From NCBI GenBank assembly GCA_016927995.1, contig JAFGLO010000015.1:75430-139429 (forward strand): a stretch of 64,000 nt of DNA. Reading direction: 5' to 3'. Below, one piece after another: positions 10,331 to 20,422 of this stretch; position 1 is the first letter of the stretch, and each line of letters starts with the position of its first letter. Under the pieces are notes generated by a model, which made no database searches, had not been told where the DNA came from, and saw only the letters and a program-made list of their open reading frames with translations. The position numbers and the translations under genes were made by a program. The stretch is from Candidatus Dojkabacteria bacterium (GTDB lineage: Bacteria; Patescibacteriota; Dojkabacteria; JAFGLO01).

Positions 10331-11680
10331 CTACCTGTCTTGCAATGTATACAGGTTTATCGGAAGAATCATAACCCAGATTTGACCCCTATTAAATACT
10401 ACCTCCTCATTGGTTCCTCTAACGTAATATTTTGTTCTGTCGTTAACATTGGATTTACTCCATGTCGCATCGATTTTTTTACCGTCTATATAAATTGTAG
10501 CGTTTCCTTGTCCCGTGGTCCCAAGTATAAGATGACCCTCATAATCAAAGCTTTGAGTAAATGTAGTCTCCTCAATGATTACTGTTTTAACGGAGATTTG
10601 ACTACCCGTTATTGCGTCAACATGAGGTTGTCCGGCTAAATATCGTTTATAAGAATTGGAATCTTTGTCATATTTAAACTCAACGTCCATTCCGGATGTA
10701 AAGTTCTTCCAGGGTATAACATAGCACGAGGTTTCACCTCGATTGGTGTACGTTGCATCGGTTTTAAAAGGAGGGTTAGTGAAATTACTTTCCATACTAT
10801 AGCCAAGTGTTTTAGCAGCACTGATCATATCTTCTGTGTTTACGTATGCGTTGTGTGGTGATGCACGCTTGCTGTCTCGCCAATAAATGTCGGAGAATCC
10901 AACGGTTTTAACGTTGTATGTAAATAATGCACCCATTGCATTTGTATTTGGACTGTCTGTTACGGCCCCGCCAATATGGGCATAGATTGCATCGAATGGC
11001 AGAAGCCAGTGAATATAATAAAGCCTTGTGCTTCTTACCGGACCTACGTATTCAGGCATGTGTGACCAATAAATTGGCATGAATCTTGTAATTCCGCCTT
11101 CTGCAAGTGTTTCAAAAACGATATCGGCATATATAAGTCCCGTTTGGGGTCTTGCGTCGGGGTGGTTCTCTATCATCACGGCGATTGGGGGTGTTTCTGT
11201 CATTTTTTCGTATTCTTTTACAGACATAAATATCCCGTTTATTGGGTTCTCCATGGTTTTAGGGTCAGAAATCTGTTCCAAAAATATGCTTGGGTTGGGA
11301 TTGTTTACTTTTGCGTCAATATCAGAGGGAAGATTGATTTTTTGTGGGTCAACTCTACTGGTAATTGACGTGTAGGTGAAATATCCGATTCCTCCGATTA
11401 TTAAGGCAAATGGAAGTGATATTACAAGTATTCGTGGGACGAATGGTAGTTTTGAGACCCAGTTCTTGATGGCTTTTAAAAACTTTAAGAGTTTACGTTC
11501 TTTTATTTTGGTGGGAATTGAGGATTCTAATGGGGTATGTGTCATTGGAGATGTGGCATGTTTTGGGTCGATCGGTGAATTGGTAGCGGTTGAATGTGTT
11601 TTCGAGGGTAAGCTTTGATTAATGTTGGGGTTTTTTGTGGTATCAATGATTTTCATTTTTATGGTGCTTAAGTTAATCAA
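10331..11680 (-). CDS. DUF3048 family membrane-anchored protein
   Basis: AVMIENHPDARPQTGL..ADIVFE..AEGGITRF, GPVRSTR, R.SPHNAY. Confidence 0.85.
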   Translation of the reverse strand: MINLSTIKMKIIDTTKNPNINQSLPSKTHSTATNSPIDPKHATSPMTHTPLESSIPTKIKERKLLKFLKAIKNWVSKLPFVPRILVISLPFALIIGGIGYFTYTSITSRVDPQKINLPSDIDAKVNNPNPSIFLEQISDPKTMENPINGIFMSVKEYEKMTETPPIAVMIENHPDARPQTGLIYADIVFETLAEGGITRFMPIYWSHMPEYVGPVRSTRLYYIHWLLPFDAIYAHIGGAVTDSPNTNAMGALFTYNVKTVGFSDIYWRDSKRASPHNAYVNTEDMISAAKTLGYSMESNFTNPPFKTDATYTNRGETSCYVIPWKNFTSGMDVEFKYDKDSNSYKRYLAGQPHVDAITGSQISVKTVIIEETTFTQSFDYEGHLILGTTGQGNATIYIDGKKIDATWSKSNVNDRTKYYVRGTNEEVVFNRGQIWVMILPINLYTLQDR

Positions 11681-11812
11681 TCGTTATACGAATAGTATAC
11701 GTTAAATTTTGTTTATTGTAACTATCTATTGTGGCAAAATGTCAGTTTAATTGGTTTACACACGAGGGTTGGTTTGTTACAATCGAGCCACTAAGTTTTA
11801 AAGGTATTTTAG

Positions 11813-12826
11813 ATGGTAAAGCAAAAGAATGATGACAGTATTGCCGTTGCTTCAAAAGATAGTGCCATTAGTGTTGCCGTGTCCGAGATTGAAAAAATGT
11901 TCGGTAAAGGTTCAATTATGCGTTTGGGTGACAAAAAACATGTTGATGTTGATGTAATTCCAACCGGAGCGCTTTCATTGGACGTTGCGCTTGGGGTCGG
12001 TGGGGTCCCGCGCGGTAGAATAATAGAAATTTATGGACCTGAATCTTCAGGCAAAACTACGCTAGCATTGCATATTGTTGCTGAAGCCCAGAAAAAGGGC
12101 GGAAGAGCCGCTTATATTGATGCAGAACATGCACTTGACCCTGTTTATGCAAGCAACTTAGGAGTCAATATTAAGGAACTTTACATTTCTCAACCAGACT
12201 ATGGTGAACAGGCACTTGAAATATTAGAAATGCTTGTACGCTCGGGTGCAATGGATGTTATCGTTATTGATTCAGTGGCCGCACTTACACCAAAGGCCGA
12301 AATAGAAGGAAATATGGGTGATACACACATGGGTCTTTTGGCAAGACTAATGTCTCAGGCATTACGCAAATTAACTGCAATCTCAGCCAAAACAGGAACA
12401 ACCGTAATATTTCTGAATCAAATAAGGTTAAACATTGGTGTATTTGTTGGCAACCCGGAAACAACTACCGGAGGTAAGGCGCTTAAATTCTACTCGTCCG
12501 TTCGAATGGACATTCGACAGCGCGAAAAAATCACCGAAGGTGACGAGATTGTTGGACATTTGCGGGAGGTCAAGGTTGTTAAAAACAAGGTTGCCCCACC
12601 ATTCAGACGGGCAACATTTGCAATTATTTATCCACAAGGAATGGACAAAGAATCAAGTATCATTGACGCAGCAATAAAAGTTGGTGTACTTGAAAAGAAA
12701 GGCGCATGGATAAGTATGGAAGGAAAACAAATTGCACAAGGTCAGTCAAAGATGATTCAGCTTCTTAAGGAAGATACAAAGTTTTGCAAGGATATTGAGA
12801 AAAAAGTAAGGGAAAAAATTAAGTAA
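11813..12826 (+). CDS. recA: Recombinase RecA
   Basis: [40 protein letters not shown]. Confidence 0.99.
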   Translation: MVKQKNDDSIAVASKDSAISVAVSEIEKMFGKGSIMRLGDKKHVDVDVIPTGALSLDVALGVGGVPRGRIIEIYGPESSGKTTLALHIVAEAQKKGGRAAYIDAEHALDPVYASNLGVNIKELYISQPDYGEQALEILEMLVRSGAMDVIVIDSVAALTPKAEIEGNMGDTHMGLLARLMSQALRKLTAISAKTGTTVIFLNQIRLNIGVFVGNPETTTGGKALKFYSSVRMDIRQREKITEGDEIVGHLREVKVVKNKVAPPFRRATFAIIYPQGMDKESSIIDAAIKVGVLEKKGAWISMEGKQIAQGQSKMIQLLKEDTKFCKDIEKKVREKIK

Positions 12827-12833
12827 TATAATT

Positions 12834-14519
12834 ATGGCGCGATGGATCCTTTCCGATAACTCCATTCTGGAAGGTAATATCCCATCAGACTTATCGGACT
12901 ACAATCCTTATTTACTGCAACTTTTGTTTAACCGTGGTGTAACGGACAGAATAAGTATTGAAAAATTCTTACACCCGCAAATTTCCGATTTACCACATCT
13001 TTCGGAGTTCAAAGATCTTCGGAAAATCGTTGATAGAATAAATCTTGCCGTCGAGCGAAAAGAAAAGGTATATATTCACGGCGATTACGATGTTGATGGT
13101 ATGACTGCTACGGCAATTTTGTGGGAGTATCTTTACAATCGACTAAAACTTAATGTGCTTCCATATATTCCGGATCGGGAAGGTGAGGGTTACGGCTTAA
13201 CTGACTCATCAATATCTACAATGTCCAAACGTGGAGTAAACCTTGTAATAACTGTTGACTGCGGCATAAGAGATCATGAACTGATTGATAAATGGAGCAA
13301 GAAGGGAATTGACTTTATAGTTACCGATCATCATCAATTGCCTGCTAAAATGCCGGATTGTTTAGTTTTGCATCCGGAAGTAAAAAGTAAAAAAGGGTTT
13401 TTAGGTACATCCGGGGCTGCAATTTCTTGGATTTTGGTGTGCGGTTGTGAATATTTTAAAGATACTAAGAACTTTTCATATCTTAATATTCCGGGCTTGG
13501 ATCTTGTCGCGATATCAATACTTTCGGATATGATTAACAGTATAGGAGTAAACAGGGTTCTTCTTTGGTATGGGCTGGAACAGCTTAAACTAACAAAGCG
13601 TGCAGGCTTAATAGCCTTATATCAGGCACTTGGTTTAAATTCACTAGAAATTTCGTCGGCAGACCTTTCGTACAAAATCATTCCGAGACTTAATTCTTGT
13701 GGTCGGATTGGGGATCCACTTGATCCCGTTAGGTTACTTGTTGCAGACACCGAAGAAATTGCCGAAAAACATGTGCTTAAAATAAATGATTTAAATGATA
13801 AAAGAAAAGGAATAACTACAGATCTTTATAATCAAGCGAAAGCCCAAACTGTTGATGATAGTTCCAGCACACTTGTTGTTATTGGTGAGGATTGGCCCGA
13901 GGGTCTAGTCGGACTTGTTGCCGGTAGACTTAACTCCGAATTTAACAAAGTTTCAGTAGTGTTAAGTAAACGACCGGATAGGTCCGTTGGATCGATTAGG
14001 AGTATATCCAGTGTAAACATTGTATCTGTACTTGAATCAATGCAAGAGCTTTTGGAAAAGTTCGGCGGACATGACCAAGCAGCAGGCTTTACCGTTAATA
14101 CTGAAAATATAGACAATTTTGTTAGTAAACTAAGAGCAAGTATTAATGAAATAACAAACAAGGAAGAACGTTATGTTACCCATAACATTGAGCTTAGTTT
14201 AAAACCCGATGAATTTGACTGGAAGTTACTTTTGACAATTCAGCAGTTAAGGCCGTTTGGTGAAGGAAATCAGGAACCATTAATTATGTTACGCAGTGGT
14301 AGGATTGATGCAATAAAAATTGTCGGCGATTCACACCTTAAACTAACTGTCGGAGGAGAGTATAATTACATAGACTGTATAGGATTTTCGCTTGCCGAAA
14401 AGACAGCAACCGTTAAAATCGGAAACATTGTTGATCTTGTAGGATATCTCGAGGTAAACAAATGGAACGGTAGTGAGTCATTGCAGTTCAGATTTATCGA
14501 TATTCGAGTAACAGATTAA
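12834..14519 (+). CDS. recJ: ssDNA exonuclease RecJ
   Basis: GDYDVDG, PDR..EGYG, TVDCG, TDHH, GGH..AAG, PFG.GN. Confidence 0.93.
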   Translation: MARWILSDNSILEGNIPSDLSDYNPYLLQLLFNRGVTDRISIEKFLHPQISDLPHLSEFKDLRKIVDRINLAVERKEKVYIHGDYDVDGMTATAILWEYLYNRLKLNVLPYIPDREGEGYGLTDSSISTMSKRGVNLVITVDCGIRDHELIDKWSKKGIDFIVTDHHQLPAKMPDCLVLHPEVKSKKGFLGTSGAAISWILVCGCEYFKDTKNFSYLNIPGLDLVAISILSDMINSIGVNRVLLWYGLEQLKLTKRAGLIALYQALGLNSLEISSADLSYKIIPRLNSCGRIGDPLDPVRLLVADTEEIAEKHVLKINDLNDKRKGITTDLYNQAKAQTVDDSSSTLVVIGEDWPEGLVGLVAGRLNSEFNKVSVVLSKRPDRSVGSIRSISSVNIVSVLESMQELLEKFGGHDQAAGFTVNTENIDNFVSKLRASINEITNKEERYVTHNIELSLKPDEFDWKLLLTIQQLRPFGEGNQEPLIMLRSGRIDAIKIVGDSHLKLTVGGEYNYIDCIGFSLAEKTATVKIGNIVDLVGYLEVNKWNGSESLQFRFIDIRVTD

Positions 14520-14520
14520 C

Positions 14521-15717
14521 ATGGATTTCTCTAAAATGCATCAAAACTTTCTAAGTCCTGAACCGAAAGATAATACCGGTTTATTATCCAATAATTTACC
14601 GGAGTCCAAGTTTCAAGTTGAACATGGATTGAAAAAGCAACCCTCTAACGAATCCTCTAATATTATCGATTCGGATGTTACTGCTGGTACTAGTAATCAG
14701 TCAGCCCAAACATTCTCCACAGATTTAAAAGAAAAGCCGATATATGTTTCGGGAAGTTGGAAAGACCTTGAGGCAAGACCGTTTAACCCCAAGACCATTT
14801 TTCTTATTGCTTTTATCATCACTCTTCCAATACTTATTTTTGTAATAAAAGGTATTTTTACCACAAGTGAGGCTGCAGGAAATTATTTAGTAGGAGCGGA
14901 CATTGTTGACCCAAATATTCAGATTGATAGTAAGGCGCAACCTGCAGTGGAGTTAAAAAATTTTTCAATAGACTATGCTGAATGTGTTGATAAGCTTTCG
15001 GCCGCATTGATTGTTGATTTGTCAACGGGCGAGGAGATCTTTGCATACAATGCTTCAAATAAACGTGCCATTGCAAGTATATCCAAATTGATAACAGCCT
15101 ATGTCGCATACAATACTTACAGTAAGGACCAGCTGTTAACGGTGGTTACACCAAGGTATTATTATGGTAGTCAACTTGGACTTTTAGAAGGTGAATTTCT
15201 TACAGTTGATGATCTTGTTTCGGCAATTCTGATTCAGTCTTCGAATGACGCAGCTTATATTCTTGCCGACAATTATCCCGGCGGATATAACAATTTTATT
15301 GCCGAAATGAATAATTTTGCAAGTTCACTTGGGCTTACAAATACAAACTTTGCAAATCCCGTTGGACTTGATGACTCCCTTCAGTATTCTTCTGCCGCAG
15401 ATGTTGTCAAGATTCTAAATGTAATTCTAAATATTTCTTACCTAAGGGGTAAACTTGAAACAAGTAATAAGGATATTTCGGTATATACAATGGATGGTGA
15501 ATTTATTCGGGAAATTAATCTTACAAACATTAACGAACTGTTAATCGATGATTTGGTTGATGGTGGGAAAACCGGCTATACCGGTAGTGCCGGTGGTTGC
15601 CTTGTTAGCTATGTAGGTGATGTTGTGTATGTTGTCCTAGGGTCTTACGATAGATTTGAAAGTACGAAGTGTTTACTGGGAGTGGGTGAAGCAGTAAGTA
15701 GTGAAGCAGTGAAATAG
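14521..15717 (+). CDS. D-alanyl-D-alanine carboxypeptidase (peptidase S11)
   Basis: SxxK (ASISKL), SxN (SSND), KTG (GGKTGYT) after a TM helix. Confidence 0.88.
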   Translation: MDFSKMHQNFLSPEPKDNTGLLSNNLPESKFQVEHGLKKQPSNESSNIIDSDVTAGTSNQSAQTFSTDLKEKPIYVSGSWKDLEARPFNPKTIFLIAFIITLPILIFVIKGIFTTSEAAGNYLVGADIVDPNIQIDSKAQPAVELKNFSIDYAECVDKLSAALIVDLSTGEEIFAYNASNKRAIASISKLITAYVAYNTYSKDQLLTVVTPRYYYGSQLGLLEGEFLTVDDLVSAILIQSSNDAAYILADNYPGGYNNFIAEMNNFASSLGLTNTNFANPVGLDDSLQYSSAADVVKILNVILNISYLRGKLETSNKDISVYTMDGEFIREINLTNINELLIDDLVDGGKTGYTGSAGGCLVSYVGDVVYVVLGSYDRFESTKCLLGVGEAVSSEAVK

Positions 15718-15852
15718 TGAAGTAATCCTCCGGAAGATAACTATGAGAGAAGTGGCAAGCTTTAACAATAAAAATAAAACAGATAAAGGGTTCACTTCGA
15801 ACATAGGAATCAACGGAAGCTTACGCAGTAAGTAGTAAAGTAGTGAAACAGT
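15691..15852 (+). repeat. Imperfect 28-bp direct repeat (15691-15718, 15825-15852) built of 8-mer AGTGAA(G/A)(C/T)-like units
   Basis: GCAGTAAGTAGTGAAGCAGTGAAATAGT vs GCAGTAAGTAGTAAAGTAGTGAAACAGT, 25/28 identical. Confidence 0.7.
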
Positions 15853-15885
15853 CACCTGTTACAGATTTGTCCCTAAGGAAGTAAA

Positions 15886-17109
15886 CTAATACTTTATTGC
15901 CGGAACGTAAATAACGAAATCAGCTTTACCATAACTTGTGTTGGCTTCACCAGTAAAAACATAAACCGGTTGTAGGAATTCCTGTTCGTAGCTAGTGTCT
16001 AAATATGCAAGCGAGATATCAAAGACTCTAAGTGAGGTTACAACGGTATCGGCCGGAACGGTATCAAGCGTTAGTGCACCGTCAAGCTTTAAACTGACCA
16101 GATAACCATTACCGGTTTTAATTTTTTGAACAGCGTTTTCCTCACCAATTAGTTCATAGGTTCCGCAAGGCGCTTCCGAAATCGGCCAGTTGGTATAGTT
16201 AAAAAAAAGAAGTGAATCTTTTGCGGTGGTATATCGCTCAGCTCCGGCTAGCACAATAAATATATTTGATTGACTGGGCTTTTCGGTAACAAGAGGTACG
16301 TTGTAGGCGCGTACAACAATATTTTTGCCATCTGATTGCAATCTTTGCTTTGGGGCATTAGCTAATTCTTTTTGGAGAAAGGCGCCAAGTTCTCTACTTT
16401 CAAGATATTCCTCTTCAATTACCACAATTGCCTTGGTTTTGACATAATCGATTCTAAGTACATCTGCATCAATTCGAGAGGCTGTTTCTTGTAGATTGTT
16501 TTGTGAGGTCACAAGTAAATACCTGGTAATTGTTTTCGATTCGTCAATATTAGAAGGCATTATGCCTAGACCGGTAATCAAAGACTTTGCAGATGAAGTG
16601 ATTGAATTAACGTCAATGATACTTGAGCTCGATGGTTGGAAATAGGATAGGTTTGTACTTATTGTGAAGTTTTGATTTCGTGTTTCTACAACCATAATTT
16701 TTCCCTTTGCCGTATTGGTGAATATATAGGCAGTTTGTCCCTCGCGGCGTATTGTTTCAGGATCGAATCCGAGCGACTTTGCAAGTGATTTTGCAATGTC
16801 CATTACTCCAAGATCGGGTGAGACTTCATATTTGTAGACGTTAACAATTTTGGGAAGGCCAGGATATTTTCCGGTCTCTGTTTCAATTTCAAGGTTCTCA
16901 AAATTTACCTCAAGCGGAAGTCCGGTGAGACTGGGTGGATAAACTTTGCCGCAACCGTTGTTTGCAATAATATACTTGTCAGGAAGTTTAGGCCCTGGAT
17001 ACAAAAAAGCAACAAGTTGCCAAATTCCAAGCACAAAGAGTATAGCAACACCAACGATTATTCCACCTTTTTTTGTCCAGTAGGACGCCTCTGTAAGTGT
17101 CATTGCCAA
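15886..17109 (-). CDS. Membrane-anchored hypothetical protein
   Basis: 407 aa ORF, N-terminal TM, C-terminal LAY.D...FLQPVYVF...YVPAI. Confidence 0.75.
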   Translation of the reverse strand: MAMTLTEASYWTKKGGIIVGVAILFVLGIWQLVAFLYPGPKLPDKYIIANNGCGKVYPPSLTGLPLEVNFENLEIETETGKYPGLPKIVNVYKYEVSPDLGVMDIAKSLAKSLGFDPETIRREGQTAYIFTNTAKGKIMVVETRNQNFTISTNLSYFQPSSSSIIDVNSITSSAKSLITGLGIMPSNIDESKTITRYLLVTSQNNLQETASRIDADVLRIDYVKTKAIVVIEEEYLESRELGAFLQKELANAPKQRLQSDGKNIVVRAYNVPLVTEKPSQSNIFIVLAGAERYTTAKDSLLFFNYTNWPISEAPCGTYELIGEENAVQKIKTGNGYLVSLKLDGALTLDTVPADTVVTSLRVFDISLAYLDTSYEQEFLQPVYVFTGEANTSYGKADFVIYVPAIKY

Positions 17110-17176
17110 ATTGAAGTAAAGATTTAACTAGAGTATACTTCTGTTATGAATATAGCTTAATTATGATACTTCGTCA

Positions 17177-18718
17177 ATGAATAAAGTTCGTGTAAGGGCC
17201 GCTCCAAGTCCGACAGGGAAGGTGCATATAGGGAATATTCGTACGTACCTTTATAACTATCTTCTTGTTAGAAAATACGGTGGTGCCAATATTATCCGTA
17301 TAGAAGACACCGATCAGAAACGAAAGGTTCCACAGGGTGTTGAAGCAATGATAGAAGCCTATGAAGCCTATGGAATTACCTTTGACGAAGGGCCTCATGT
17401 TGGTGGATTGCATGGACCATACGTTCAGTCCGAGCGCAAAGAAATCTATTCAAAGTATGCTCACGAATTAGTCGAAAAGGGTGCAGCATATTACTGCTTT
17501 TGCACGGAAAAAAGATTGCAGGAGGTGCGTAGCCGTCAGCAAGAGAATAAGGAGAGAGTGATGTACGATCGTGCCTGTAGAAATCTCTCAAAGGAAGAAG
17601 CCCAAAAACGTGTGAACGCCGGTGAAAAATACGTTGTACGAATGAAGTTTCCGCTTGCGGGTTTTACCGAATTTAACGATGTTATTTATGGGAAAATCAG
17701 AATAAATAATAATGAAATTGATGATATGGTTCTGCTTAAATCCGATGGCTTACCAACCTACCATTTCGCAGTAGTAGTTGATGACCATCTGATGCAAGTA
17801 ACACATGTTATTCGAGGACGAGAGTATCTTACTCAGACCACTAGAAATGTATTTCTCTATAACGCTTTCGGATGGGAGCAACCTATATGGGTAAATGTTC
17901 CACAAATTCTTAATCCCGATGGTAAAGGAAAGTTAAGCAAACGCCACGGGGCAATGCCTGCGCTTGCATATTTACGTAAAGGATACCTAAAAGAGGCGGT
18001 AATTAATTATATAATGCTTTGTGGTTGGTCGCCTCCACCTGAAAAGTCCAATCAGGACGACATCTATTCTGTCGAGGAACTTATTTCCCTTTTTGATTTG
18101 ACGCGATTTCAAAAGGCTGGTGCCAGGTACGATCAAAAGAAACTTGATTATATAAATGGAAAACATATAAGAAACCTTAGTATCGACAAGCTTTGTTCGG
18201 TGATAATATCTTGGGGTGAAAACCTAGTGCTTAAGCCGTTTATTACTGACAAATACGAGGATCCGGAGCCGTGGGAGGCAAGTCTTAAACAAAAGATTTC
18301 TAAACTCCTACCATTATGGAAGGCTGACCTGAATAAGTTTAAAAGAATTCTAGAACTTGTTCAGGAGCGAATGGTTTTACTTTCCGACATCTTAGATAGT
18401 ACTCTGTTTTTTTATGAGCAGATTAAGTCACCGGAACTAAGTACGGTAAAAGGGCTTGCTGCATACGAATCTACCGTTTTGGAAAATGCCAAAGAAAAAT
18501 ACACTGAAGTCTTTAACGGATACAATGATTTATCCGATATTTCGCAAGAGAAATGGGTTGCAGATGTAAGATCAACGGCTGATGAATTTGGCATAAAGCA
18601 TGGTGATTTGTTCATGCTTGTTCGTGTACTTATCTGTGGATCGGAATTTTCACCACCACTTTTTGAATGCTTGCAGCTTCTTGGAAAGAAAGAAGTCTTG
18701 GCAAGGCTTTCGCAATAA
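17177..18718 (+). CDS. gltX: Glutamate--tRNA ligase
   Basis: APSPTG..HIGN, RIEDTD, GLPTYHFA.VVDD, KLSKR. Confidence 0.97.
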   Translation: MNKVRVRAAPSPTGKVHIGNIRTYLYNYLLVRKYGGANIIRIEDTDQKRKVPQGVEAMIEAYEAYGITFDEGPHVGGLHGPYVQSERKEIYSKYAHELVEKGAAYYCFCTEKRLQEVRSRQQENKERVMYDRACRNLSKEEAQKRVNAGEKYVVRMKFPLAGFTEFNDVIYGKIRINNNEIDDMVLLKSDGLPTYHFAVVVDDHLMQVTHVIRGREYLTQTTRNVFLYNAFGWEQPIWVNVPQILNPDGKGKLSKRHGAMPALAYLRKGYLKEAVINYIMLCGWSPPPEKSNQDDIYSVEELISLFDLTRFQKAGARYDQKKLDYINGKHIRNLSIDKLCSVIISWGENLVLKPFITDKYEDPEPWEASLKQKISKLLPLWKADLNKFKRILELVQERMVLLSDILDSTLFFYEQIKSPELSTVKGLAAYESTVLENAKEKYTEVFNGYNDLSDISQEKWVADVRSTADEFGIKHGDLFMLVRVLICGSEFSPPLFECLQLLGKKEVLARLSQ

Positions 18719-18782
18719 GTTGCAAACTGTTGCTATGGATTTGATTTAAACGTAAACTTATATATAAAATAAGATTTATAAA

Positions 18783-20294
18783 ATGAAAATGGACCCAAAG
18801 ACAGGTAAAAAGATACTTCAAATTCTTGGCGTTGTAGGTGCCGTATTTTTTGTGGGAGCTCTAGGATATGCAGTATACGTAAAATTTTTCTGGGGTAAGG
18901 TTTCCGACGAAAATCGTTTAAAAGCACAGGAGTATTACCTTACAGCAATCGATAATATTTCGGACTTGAGCTATTCAACGGCGCTTGAAAATCTAAACGA
19001 AGCTCTTAATCTGGATCCTTATAATATTGACACATATCTTGCAATTTCCAACGTTTACAAGAGTAAAAACCGATATGACCTTCAACTTCAGTTCTTATCT
19101 TCTACTGAAGGAGTAGTAAGATCGGATGAGCGAATTCAGCGTGAGATAGGTATAAGTCAATATAAAAACGGAAGATATGATGAGTGTTCGGCAACGTTGC
19201 AATCACTTTTTAAGGCAAACTCTGTTCAGGAGTCAGATGTATATTTGTTTAATGCCCTGTTAAAGGTCGGAGAATATAATCTTGCAACGGGTTATCTGTC
19301 AGACATAAACAGTTGTGACAATAATTACAAGCAAGCTCTAGTCCTTATAAAAACACTACTTGCGGGTTCTGATTACAACACAGCAATTAACTCTATTTCG
19401 GTTTGTAAGGACACTTCAGCGTTGGGCCCGCTATATACAACTCTTTCCGAGATTAAGAATTCCGAACTGGATGATGCCGGTAAAACCCAAAAAACACTTG
19501 TGGTTATTGCAAACGAGGCACTGAAAAATGGGTTTGACAGATATGTGGTTTATCTGCTTGAGACGAAAATGTCTGAGTTTCAAAACTACTGGGAGCCTAA
19601 CTTTCTATTGGCTTCTGCATATTTTAAGCTTGGGGATGTTAGTAAGGCTTTAGCTTGTGCGCAAACTGCGTGTACTGTTAACCCCTTTAGGTATGAGCCG
19701 GTTTGGTTGATTGCCCAAATAAAATCACAGCAGGGTGATAAGGAAGATGCAATATTAAAATATGAACAGGCTATTCTTTTAGCCGGTGACGAAGCTTCTC
19801 CCGTACAGGAAGAGTATGTTGACTTCTTAATAGCAGGAAATCTTTTTTCGAAGCTTGATATAGAATTTATTTTGGTTGCCGAGAAGTATGAAAGAAATGA
19901 AGAATGGACCGAATATGGGGAAATTTGCTTAAAGGCACTTAACTATTACCTTGGAAAAGACAATGAGCCCAAGGCTACTTATTATGTAAACAAACTTTTA
20001 ACCTACAGTCAGGAAGAGCTTTCCGATTTAGGACTAAATGACATGTTTTATTTACTATATGTTGAATACCTTGTTTCAAAAGGGGACATTTCAACTGCCG
20101 AAGGTATAGTGGCCGATATCACATTCGAGGAACAGATTTTTACCGAATATGTTGTTGGTGTTATTAACTTTACAAAACGTGAAGACAGTGTTGCAATAGA
20201 ACATTTTCGAAAGGCAATTGACATGGATACGCAAGGATTCATAACCGATAAGTCCAAAGAATATCTAAGGATTCTTGGAGTGTCGGTGAAATAG
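18783..20294 (+). CDS. Membrane-anchored tetratricopeptide-repeat protein
   Basis: N-terminal TM; repeated A...L..AL.LDP / A...F.KAI TPR patterns. Confidence 0.75.
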   Translation: MKMDPKTGKKILQILGVVGAVFFVGALGYAVYVKFFWGKVSDENRLKAQEYYLTAIDNISDLSYSTALENLNEALNLDPYNIDTYLAISNVYKSKNRYDLQLQFLSSTEGVVRSDERIQREIGISQYKNGRYDECSATLQSLFKANSVQESDVYLFNALLKVGEYNLATGYLSDINSCDNNYKQALVLIKTLLAGSDYNTAINSISVCKDTSALGPLYTTLSEIKNSELDDAGKTQKTLVVIANEALKNGFDRYVVYLLETKMSEFQNYWEPNFLLASAYFKLGDVSKALACAQTACTVNPFRYEPVWLIAQIKSQQGDKEDAILKYEQAILLAGDEASPVQEEYVDFLIAGNLFSKLDIEFILVAEKYERNEEWTEYGEICLKALNYYLGKDNEPKATYYVNKLLTYSQEELSDLGLNDMFYLLYVEYLVSKGDISTAEGIVADITFEEQIFTEYVVGVINFTKREDSVAIEHFRKAIDMDTQGFITDKSKEYLRILGVSVK

Positions 20295-20422
20295 TAACCG
20301 GTTGATACGATATTGAATTTGCTGTTGTAACTCTATATAATTGCATCATCCATTAGTGCAAAGTATTTCTTGTTTTGTTATACTACGCGCTGTGTTCGGA
20401 TAAATTTATATAGTATCTAATA

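Noticed and set aside
15743-15835. 30-codon ORF with KGFT resembling a prepilin leader
   Set aside because: No hydrophobic helix or Glu+5 follows; too short to support
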